A stretch of DNA of 28,175 nucleotides from the NCBI GenBank assembly GCA_965246715.1, contig CBDFFH010000024.1, positions 1 to 28,175 of the forward strand. Direction: 5' to 3'. Numbering within the stretch: the first letter of the stretch is position 1; the number at the start of each line of letters is the position of its first letter. The DNA is from Chamaesiphon sp. (GTDB lineage: Bacteria; Cyanobacteriota; Cyanobacteriia; Cyanobacteriales; Chamaesiphonaceae). A model generated the notes under the pieces. The model was given only the letters and a program-made list of their open reading frames with translations. It made no database searches and was not told where the DNA came from. Positions 10,289 through 18,076 of the stretch are shown here, one piece after another. The translations under genes and the position numbers were made by a program.

Positions 10289-10439
10289 GTGCCCTGACAG
10301 TTAAGACCGAAGCCTCACTGGTGCGATAGCAGCCCGAAAAGGAGCATGGTTCTGAGCTACGTGGTAATAAGATTGGCGAAGGAATAATAATCCTATCCCG
10401 TTTAGAAGACTTTACAGCGACCCACTCAGGTCAGAGCAC
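10289..10439 (+). ncRNA. Putative IS110 bridge/seek RNA
   Basis: Closing stem GTGCCCTGAC (10289-98)/GTCAGAGCAC (10430-39) and inner stem CTGAG/CTCAG. Guide-like segments CGAAGCCTC, AAAGGAG and TTAGAAG match the target and donor junction. TATGCT -10-like box at 10277-82. Confidence 0.7.
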
Positions 10440-10466
10440 CTATTCTTCACCCAAAAGAAGGAAAAA

Positions 10467-11237
10467 ATGGTTAAACCAAAAGTAGAACCGGAACTCAAGA
10501 GAGTTCATCCTCAAGCAGCAGGAATAGACATTGGAGCTTCAGAACATTGGGTCAGTATCCCCAGCGAACCAGATCCAGAGCCAGTGAGGAAGTTTAGCTG
10601 TTTTACAGCCGACCTGTACGCCATCGCTGAATGGCTAAAATCGCGCGGGATTACCACAGTAGCAATGGAATCAACGGGAGTATATTGGATTCCGTTGTTT
10701 CAAATCTTGGAAACCAGCGGATTAGAAGTCCGGTTGGTAAATGCTCACTTCGTCAAGACAGTGCCTGGTCGCAAGAGCATTGATGGATTGGAAGCACTGA
10801 GTGTTCAGGCAATTATTTCCGAAGTAGGTTTAGATCCTACTCGTTTTCCTACCTCCAAGCATTTCACCTCGTGGCTGGGCATTTGTCCTGGCAGTAAGAT
10901 TAGCGGTGGTAAAATCCTCAGCTCTAAAACTCGCAAGGTGGTCAATCGAGCCTCAAATGCTTTTCGGATTGCTGCTCAATCCTTAGCTAATAGTCAGACT
11001 GCTTTAGGTGGTTTCTATCGCCGGATTCGTACCCGTTCTGGCGCGCCCATTGCAATTACGGCAACGGCTCATAAGCTAGCGCGGATTTTTTATCACTTGT
11101 GGACGACAGGGGAAGATTTTGTGGATGCTGGTGCAGAAGCTTATGAGCAACAATACCAACAACGGGTGCTCCAGCATATCAAACAACGGGCGAAGAAAAT
11201 GGGCTTCGATCTAGTTCCTGAGCTAATTGTGGGTTAA
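10467..11237 (+). pseudogene. IS110 recombinase with in-frame internal deletion
   Basis: N-terminal DEDD domain (AGIDIG, AMESTGVYW) runs to VPGRKS and jumps directly to IDGLEALS...ISEVG...WLGICP..KISGGK. The DxxD pair and coiled-coil linker are absent; junction near 10778. Confidence 0.85.
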
Positions 11238-11319
11238 GTTTCTTAGAAGAGGCTCCGCCAACGGTTTGCTGCTGATTTTCTCTAATTTGTAAACATAACC
11301 AACAACAGGAATTAATAAC

Positions 11320-11661
11320 ATGACCGTACCAAATGACAACTTTCAAGAAAACGTCGAAACAATCCAGTCTGAATTAGTAACTGGGGAACATGAAGCAAAA
11401 ACAGCCGAAAAGATTGGTGTAGAAGAATTTAGCATTCATGGTGATGCCTTGGGTGCCAAAATTAAGGAACTGATTCATCAAGGCAACATTCGGCGGATTA
11501 TTCTCAAAAATGAAGAGGGGCATATATTAATTGAAATCCCCTTAACTGTTGGCGTGGTAGGTGGTGCCATTAGTGCAGCTTTCTTCCCGATTCTGGCTGC
11601 TGTGGGATCGATCGGTGCGATGGTCGCTCATCTGACGATCGTGGTGGAAAAACGAGAATAA
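11320..11661 (+). CDS. DUF4342-domain protein
   Basis: KIKELIHQGNIRRIILK...LIEIPLTVG...P-LAAVG...TIVVEK pattern; AGGA RBS upstream. Confidence 0.85.
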   Translation: MTVPNDNFQENVETIQSELVTGEHEAKTAEKIGVEEFSIHGDALGAKIKELIHQGNIRRIILKNEEGHILIEIPLTVGVVGGAISAAFFPILAAVGSIGAMVAHLTIVVEKRE

Positions 11662-11676
11662 TTTTGCTAATCCAGC

Positions 11677-11885
11677 AGCAATTCCAAATTCAAAATATTC
11701 TACCGATTTCTTACCAACAGTCGATGGCGAAGCCTTTCTGCTGAGGCAGACGCTCCGCGAACGGAACGAAAATCTTTGCTAGTGGGGTTGGGCGGGTTTG
11801 TTTGGTATTTATTGGTAAAATCTGGACTAGTTAGCATAAACCCGCCGCTACAACATATAGAAATGAGCTTGAATTTGTAATTGCT
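11677..11885. mobile_element. MITE-like element (~209 bp) containing nested hairpin repeats
   Basis: 17-bp IR AGCAATT(C/A)CAAATTCAA, 16/17 identical. Contains an SDR-like repeat (11726-11766) and a REP-like IR GGCGGGTTT...AAACCCGCC (11791-11846). No clear TSD. Confidence 0.55.
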
Positions 11886-11894
11886 ATTGTTTCG

Positions 11895-12050
11895 ATGAAA
11901 CTATCTCAAACACTTTCCCAATTATTAGTCGAATATGCCGATCGACCTTTACCACTTCATGCCTTACTAAAACAAGCCGGAAATAATGGGTTTGGCACCA
12001 TTGCGGGAATATTAACAATCCCGATGCTGATTCCTATCCCGACAGGTTAA
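11895..12050 (+). pseudogene. exoD: ExoD-family exopolysaccharide synthesis protein, 5' fragment truncated by ISAs1
   Basis: Not in the ORF track. Reads MKLSQTLSQLLVEYADRPLPLHALLKQAGNNGFGTIAGILTIPMLIPIP, then enters the IS at 12043 and stops. GFG...P-x-LIPIP resembles the ExoD N-terminus. Confidence 0.65.
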
Positions 12051-13553
12051 ACGCACTTAAATTTGTTATTACTAAAAACTTTGACGATCGAATGAATAAA
12101 TAGCATCTAGAAATCTTGTAATTACTGCTAGGTAATAGTTAGAGCTAATTAACTATGTTAGAATTTAACAAATTTAATTTAACTAAAATGAAGCTGAAGC
12201 CAAAATATAGTATTATAGAACACTTCGAGAGTGTAGAAGACTACAGGACAGAGCGCGGGAAAAAGCATAAATTAATTGATATCATCACCATTACCATTTG
12301 TGCTGTAGTATCTGGAGCTGATACATGGATAGATATAGAAATTTATGGTTTGGCGAAGAAGGAATGGCTAGGTAAATTTTTAGAGTTGCCGCATGGTATT
12401 CCATCACATGATACATTTGGAAGGGTATTTTCACGAATTAATCCTGAAGAATTTCAAAAAAGTTTCCTGAGTTGGGTTAAAGGAATATCTAAAATAACAG
12501 CAGGAGAAATAATTGCACTTGACGGCAAACAATCTCGAAATTCAGGAGATAATACTAATGGACAAGGTGTACTAAATACTGTTAGTGCATGGGCTGTAAC
12601 TAATAGATTAGTATTAGGACAGAAAATGGTTGAGGGCAAATCTAATGAAATCACAGCACTTCCTGAATTAATTAAAGTTCTAGATTTAGCCGGATGTATA
12701 GTTACCATTGATGCAATGGGATGTCAAAGAGAAATAGTAAAAAAAATTGTTGAAAAAGATGCAGATTATGTAATTGCTGTGAAAAAGAATCAACCAAGTT
12801 TATACGACCAAGTAGAAAGGCTATTTAAACAGGCTATTGCAACTGGTGGCGCAGGTTTCAATCTGAGTGATTTCAGGACTAAGGAGATTAATGGGGGTAG
12901 GGAAGAAATCCGTAATTATTTAATGATATCAGATGTTGCCGATCGAATAGATTCATCCCATAACTGGATGAAATTGACTAGTATTGCGATGGTTGAATCA
13001 GTAAGAACTATTGGGGATAAAACCACCGTAGAGACTCGTTATTTTATTAGTAGTTTAGCTAATAATGCCAAGAGAGTCGCCGGAGCAATTAGAGGTCATT
13101 GGGGGATAGAAAATTCACTTCATTGGGTACTTGATGTTTCTTTAAGAGAAGATTATAGTCGAATTAGGAAAGATAATGCGCCAGCTAATTTTGCAGTATT
13201 ACGGCACATAGCTATTAACTTAATTAGTCAAAATAAAAGTCGGAAATTAAGTGTGAAAAGCAAGAGATTTCTAGCAGGTATAGATGACAAATACTTGGCT
13301 GAAATTTTAGAAGGTATTTTATAATTTACGAACTATTGGTTGAAATCAAATTACTTCTATAATATATCGACGATTTAAGTTATTCCTTCGATCGACTACT
13401 TTATATTGCATTAAATTAAATAAATATTGCCTTATACTATACATCAGTTCTAATTGAATTCGTCGTAAATGTATTTAGTTCATAAATACTGCTTAAGTTG
13501 TATGTATTATTGAATTCGATCGCCTCATATCAAGTTTTGATGCGTTTAACCTG
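12043..13553 (+). mobile_element. ISAs1-family insertion sequence, 1511 bp, without target duplication
   Basis: Terminal IR CAGGTTAAACGCA / TGCGTTTAACCTG (13 bp perfect, continuing imperfectly). Flanks CCTATCCCGA and CTTCAATCTC are unrelated. Confidence 0.92.
12188..13324 (+). CDS. ISAs1-family transposase
   Basis: GIPSHDTF, IALDGK, KSNEITA, TIDAMGCQ and HWGIENSLHWVLDV motifs. Start is either 12188 or 12155. Confidence 0.95.
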   Translation: MKLKPKYSIIEHFESVEDYRTERGKKHKLIDIITITICAVVSGADTWIDIEIYGLAKKEWLGKFLELPHGIPSHDTFGRVFSRINPEEFQKSFLSWVKGISKITAGEIIALDGKQSRNSGDNTNGQGVLNTVSAWAVTNRLVLGQKMVEGKSNEITALPELIKVLDLAGCIVTIDAMGCQREIVKKIVEKDADYVIAVKKNQPSLYDQVERLFKQAIATGGAGFNLSDFRTKEINGGREEIRNYLMISDVADRIDSSHNWMKLTSIAMVESVRTIGDKTTVETRYFISSLANNAKRVAGAIRGHWGIENSLHWVLDVSLREDYSRIRKDNAPANFAVLRHIAINLISQNKSRKLSVKSKRFLAGIDDKYLAEILEGIL

Positions 13554-15912
13554 CTTCAATCTCCAAGTCATTCCCTTTAATGTGCCGACTACTCAAGCGC
13601 GTCGCTTTTTAATCTTATTTGAAGATACTTTATCGCCGACGATCGCCAGTTTAGCTACGTTACAGCCGCAAATCGAGCCGATGCCCCTGCAAGATTCAGA
13701 GTCAGCTAGTACCCAGCTCCGACAAGAATTAGCGATCGCCATTGGCGAACGCACCGCAACTCAGGAATATTTACGTGCGGTCATTCAAGAGCAAGAATCG
13801 AGCAATCAAGATCTCAAGGTTGCTAACGAAGAAATCTTATCGAGTAATGAGGAATTACAAAGCACAAATGAGGAATTAGAAACTGCTAAAGAAGAGATTC
13901 AAGCAACTAATGAAGAACTCAATACTACCAACGACGAACTCCGCCGCCGTAACTCCGAACTCGATCTAGTCAACAACGATCTGACTAATTTACTGGCGAG
14001 TATTAATGTCCCGATCTTAATGCTAACTAACGACTTACTGATTCGGCGATTTACACCGATGGCACAACGGTTGTTTAACTTTATTAGTGGCGATATCGGT
14101 CGCCCGTTGAGTGACATCCGTACTAACCTAAATATTCCTGACTTAGAGCCGCTAATTTTAGAAGTACTAGAGACGCTGAGTGTCAAAGAACTAGAGGTAC
14201 AAACCCAAACCGGATACTGGTATACGCTCCGCATCCGTCCCTATCGGACTACCGAAAATCGGATCGATGGGGTGGTGCTGGTATTGCTCGATATCGACGC
14301 GCTCAAGCGTAGTGCCGCCACCGTCGAAGCGGCGCGAAATTATGCCGAAGCGATCGTCGAAACCGTCCACCTCCCCCTGCTGGTACTAGAATCCGATTTT
14401 CGCGTCAATACCGCCAATCGATCGTTCTGCGACACCTTTCATGTGTCTCAACTCGAAACAGCGCACACGACGCTGTTCGAGCTAGGTAACGGACAATGGA
14501 ATCTCCCAGGCTTGCGATCGCACCTAGAGGATATTTTGGATAATGATACGATCCTGACCGATTTTGAGGTCGAACACTCCTTCGAGCGCATCGGCCACAA
14601 AAAGATGCTGTTAAATGCTTGGAAGATTATTGCCGCTGGCGATACCCAGCGGATTTTGCTATCGATCGCCGATATTACCGAGCAGCGGCAATTTGAAACC
14701 GAACGCGCGTATCTGCTGACTCAGGAGCGATTAGCCCGTCAAGAAGCGGAGATCGCCAATCGTGCTAAAGATGAGTTTTTAGCCAATTTATCCCACGAAC
14801 TACGCAACCCGCTGACGGCCATCATCGGCTGGGCGCAACTACTCCGCGCCCATCAACTAGAGCAGACCAAAATCGATCGCGGTTTGGAAGTTATCTACCG
14901 CAGTGCCAAGGCGCAATCGCAACTAATCGAGGATATGCTCGATCTCTCTCGGATTGCTAGTGGTAAATTACATCTAGATCCACAACAGCTCGATCTAGTC
15001 TCCGTCGTGAATACAGCGATCGAATCCGTCCAACTTACCGCCAATTCCAAAGCGATTCAATTCAGTGTCCACCTCACTCCGACAACGATCGTCGGCGATA
15101 GCGACAGGTTGGGGCAAGTACTGTGGAATCTCCTGACGAATGCGATTAAATTTACCCCTACTGGCGGACGAATCGATGTCACGCTAGCCGTCATCGAGAC
15201 TTTTGCCGAGATTCGCGTCAGCGATACCGGACAAGGCATCAGTACTGAGTTGTTGCCCCATATCTTCGACAGATTTCGCCAAGGCGATTCTAGTAGCAGT
15301 AAAGCTACTCAGGGGTTGGGATTGGGACTATCGATCGTCCGGCAAATCGTCGAACTCCACGGCGGTACCGTGCGGGCAGAAAGTGGCGGAGAAGGGCTGG
15401 GCACCACAATGGTCATTCAATTGCCCTTAACGGCGGTAGCGGGCGATTTAGCCCCTGTTGCGACACCCCAAATATCAGACGGCTCACCAATTCTAACTCT
15501 GGCAGTTTTTTCCCTATCTGACTTACGGATTTTGGTGGTTGACGACGAGGTAGATATTCTCGATTTGCTCAAATACATCCTAGAAAACGCTGGCGCAAAA
15601 GTGACGATCGCTCACTCGACTCAGGAGGCGATTGTCAAACTAGGAAATGGAGGCAAATATGACGCGCTCTTAGCAGATATCGGGATGCCAGAGGAAGATG
15701 GGTTTGCATTGATCCATCAGGTGAGAACCTTCGATCTGGCATCCGGCGGGCAGATTCCCGCAGCGGCAATTACGGCTTATGCCAGCGATCGAGATAAACA
15801 ACTCGCGATCGCGGCTGGCTATCAAGTCCATCTGGCTAAACCTATCGATCCCGATCGACTGATCCAAATGGTTGCCACTCTGACGGGGCGAATGGGTACC
15901 AATAATAATTAA
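13540..15912 (+). pseudogene. 5'-truncated CheB/CheR-type PAS hybrid histidine kinase (coiled coil-PAS-PAS-HisKA-HATPase-REC)
   Basis: NEELQSTNEELETAKEEIQATNEEL coiled coil typical of CheB/CheR fusions; H-box SHELRNPL, N-box NLLTNAIKFT, DTGQGI, GLGLGL; receiver VVDD..DIGMP..KP. Native sequence begins abruptly at 13554, and the only nearby starts lie inside ISAs1. Confidence 0.85.
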
Positions 15913-15924
15913 CCTAAGTTACTA

Positions 15925-16063
15925 ACCTAAGTTGCTAGTTACAGATTTATTAGTGTGGAAGGGGGTAAGGGGGAAAGGGTAAGGGGTAAAGGATATAACA
16001 ATTTCCTTTACCCTTTGCCCTTTCCCCTATAACCACCTTGCGAATATAACTAGCAACTTGCGT
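15925..16063. mobile_element. 139-bp MITE-like element with internal inverted heptamer (STRR-like) repeats
   Basis: IR AC(CT/GC)AAGTTGCTAGTTA, 15/17 identical; flanking direct repeat TACTA (15920-24, 16064-68). Internal (A/G)GGG(T/G)AA x4 and complementary CCCTTT repeats; lies between convergent stop codons. Confidence 0.7.
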
Positions 16064-16075
16064 TACTACTACTTT

Positions 16076-16525
16076 TTACGTCCCAATCAGCTTGGCAATA
16101 TGCGCCACTAGTTGCGTTGGCTCGATCGGTTTAGCTAGCAACATTTGAAACCCGTAAAATTGAGAAATCTCTCGATCGCGCTTGGTACTATATGCCGTCA
16201 GGGCGATCGCTGGAATCTGTCCGCCAGATGCAGCAGGTAACGCCCTGACTTGACGGATTAACGACCAACCATCTGTTTGGGGCATTCCCAGATCGGATAA
16301 GAGCAGATTGTACGATTGGGGCTGCACCTGTAATGCTTGGAGGGCTGGGAGCGCGGAGCCAACCGCTGTAACTGTTGCCCCAGCTTGTTCGAGGATAGTG
16401 GCAATTAGTAGCAGCATATCCTCATCATCCTCAACCACCAGGATGTTAAATCCCTCCAAAATTGTTAACTGCTGCTGGATTGTAGATTGTGGAAGCGGAG
16501 CAAGTGTTGAATTTAATTTAGACAT
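16076..16525 (-). CDS. Single-domain response regulator (receiver)
   Basis: ILVVEDD, LLLSDLGMP, ALTAY and KP motifs. ATG 16525 is more likely than GTG 16570. Confidence 0.88.
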   Translation of the reverse strand: MSKLNSTLAPLPQSTIQQQLTILEGFNILVVEDDEDMLLLIATILEQAGATVTAVGSALPALQALQVQPQSYNLLLSDLGMPQTDGWSLIRQVRALPAASGGQIPAIALTAYSTKRDREISQFYGFQMLLAKPIEPTQLVAHIAKLIGT

Positions 16526-16627
16526 TATCTTATAGTTAAACCTCATCAGGTTTTTGAGTTGATGTTCCACAGGAGGGGTTGTGCCAAGAACCGATCGAGG
16601 TCGGCGGTGTAAATCTAGCGATCGTCG

Positions 16628-17899
16628 CTAGGCAATTGAAATCCGATCCCGTTTATCTTTGCTCGAAGAAACCGACTCCTGATTAATGCCAATTAATTGA
16701 GCGACTCGCATCGCCGCAGAGATCGCGCCGCCATGCAAACCATCACCGAGATACGCTCCGGCATGATAAGTATGATTCTCACCATTTGTGGCAACCACTT
16801 CATCGCGGTATCGAAAAGATGCGGTGGTGTACAAAGGGGTATAGTGTTCCTGCGTATGAATGATGCGCTCTGGAGCGATTAATTCTTCTAACTGGAATGA
16901 CAAGAAATAATCTGGTGGCGACGAGATGTCGTCAAGTTGATTAAGATAGCCATTATAGCCCCACCTAGTATTTGTTTGAAAGAAGTCAAATTCCGATGGT
17001 TTGTGGATGCCAAACCGATCGTATATCGAAGTATCGGTGTGAATTATGCTAGTAACTTTATTAGTTTTCCAGCTAGAAAATCGTTTGGTTTCGGTAGCAG
17101 TCGGATCGCCTAACAGTGCCATTACTTTGTCTGGTGGCGTGGCAAATACAACTCGCTCGAATTCCTGAATTTCACCTGTAGATATCATAATTTTGACACC
17201 ATCGGGACTTCTGAGAATCCGATCGATCTCGACACCCAACACGATCTTCCCCCTAAATCGACTGAGGATTTTTTCGATATAAGTATACACGCCACCTTTA
17301 ATACCGACCCAATTGACTGCAATATATTCACGCAACATTGGAATTGCTAATTCTGCCGGAAAATCATCGATTAGTTCAAATGGAATTGAATAACTATACA
17401 TCACTAGCAATTTCAACCAAGTATCGCGAGTACCTGAATATTTTAAGTATGCTGAAAGCGGAAGATTTGCCAGATTTTGGAGATCGGCTAATTGGGTTCT
17501 TAGCCACAAGCTAGCCGAACGAGCATAAAGGGTGTCGAGGCGTAAATGTTCGATGAGGCGGTGAATACCTGTAAAGTTATTATCGATCGTCACTCCCGAT
17601 AAAAAACTACTGCCATTATTCAAAAACATTGCCGAACCAACCCGCACGGGTTCGAGTTCGACATCCAATTCTTTCATCAAAGTAATGAAATCTACAAACG
17701 CGATCGGAAACTCCAATACTCCACATTCGAGAACTTCTGTACAATCCGAACGATTCGGTTTAACATTTTTATTCAGTGTCCGAATGTGTCCGCCCAACAT
17801 CAGTTGTCGCTCAAATACGGTAACATGATGCCCTTGTTTGTCGAGCAGATATGCAGAAACCATTCCACTCGCTCCACCACCTATTACTGCAATTTTCAT
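16628..17899 (-). CDS. FAD-dependent oxidoreductase (amine oxidase-like, COG2907-type)
   Basis: IAVIGGGASG, LGGH and GAYLGDGLH-x-GA motifs; GAGG RBS upstream. Confidence 0.85.
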   Translation of the reverse strand: MKIAVIGGGASGMVSAYLLDKQGHHVTVFERQLMLGGHIRTLNKNVKPNRSDCTEVLECGVLEFPIAFVDFITLMKELDVELEPVRVGSAMFLNNGSSFLSGVTIDNNFTGIHRLIEHLRLDTLYARSASLWLRTQLADLQNLANLPLSAYLKYSGTRDTWLKLLVMYSYSIPFELIDDFPAELAIPMLREYIAVNWVGIKGGVYTYIEKILSRFRGKIVLGVEIDRILRSPDGVKIMISTGEIQEFERVVFATPPDKVMALLGDPTATETKRFSSWKTNKVTSIIHTDTSIYDRFGIHKPSEFDFFQTNTRWGYNGYLNQLDDISSPPDYFLSFQLEELIAPERIIHTQEHYTPLYTTASFRYRDEVVATNGENHTYHAGAYLGDGLHGGAISAAMRVAQLIGINQESVSSSKDKRDRISIA

Positions 17900-17920
17900 G
17901 TGTTAACCTCTCAATTGTGG

Positions 17921-18033
17921 AAAATCCCTCGAAGGGGTTGGGTGAAAATCCCCTCCGAGGAGCGGCTTGCGCTCGTCGGGTTCCCCGACGGTTTAGCAAG
18001 ACAAGACAGGGGTGCCCGTAGGGCGGGGTGGGT
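17921..18033. repeat. REP-like GC-rich hairpin cluster interrupted by a 47-bp hairpin insert
   Basis: CCCCTCC-GA-GGAG[insert 17963-18009]GGG-TGCCC-GTA-GGGCG-GGGTGGGT, with a shorter degenerate copy at 17921-17944. Confidence 0.7.
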
Positions 18034-18076
18034 AGATCTCCGCACCACCTCAAACAAACACACATGTTCCGGCTAT

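Larger units (their letters stand above)
10210..11249 (+). mobile_element. IS110-family element, internally deleted (1040 bp)
   Basis: No long TIR or TSD. An AG dinucleotide is present at both junctions (10208-9, 11248-9). Removing the element restores the repeat hairpin and the GerMN frame. 257-bp 5' non-coding end; short subterminal IR CTAAG/CTTAG. Confidence 0.85.
10198..11261 (+). repeat. 24-nt small dispersed double-hairpin repeat (SDR-like) split by IS110: 10198-10209 plus 11250-11261
   Basis: Rejoined sequence TCTCC-AGA-GGAGA-GGC-TCC-GCC-AA lies between CGAT and CG. Related copies at 11737-11761, 23875-23896 and 23920-23943. Confidence 0.75.
8190..11285 (+). pseudogene. GerMN-domain protein gene split by ISL3 and IS110
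   Basis: Joining 8190-8202 + 9629-10209 + 11250-11285 gives one frame: MKIFFSNKPAVKLSLLVTIAVALSIWMGSNP...STIPKGTKLL...VDLSPEFRSGGGSTSM..RVAQVIYTATS...GEGLILQQPTTRDSPEERLRQRFAADFL*. GAGG RBS precedes ATG 8190. Confidence 0.85.

Noticed and set aside
11248..11251. Alternative IS110 right end at 11251 with a GAG core
   Set aside because: It would leave a 22-nt insert that shortens the TCTCC/GGAGA stem and shifts the GerMN frame; the AG core restores both.
13498..13553. ORF-track start of the 804-aa kinase
   Set aside because: These codons lie inside ISAs1 and are not the native N-terminus.
13790..13950. Repetitive NEEL-coding sequence as a DNA repeat
   Set aside because: Explained by the normal coiled-coil heptads of CheB/CheR-type kinases.
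15911..15942. AACCTAAGT shared with the IS66 terminal repeat
   Set aside because: Only a 9-nt match, with different polarity relative to the element end and a different duplication length; not enough to call the MITE an IS66 derivative.
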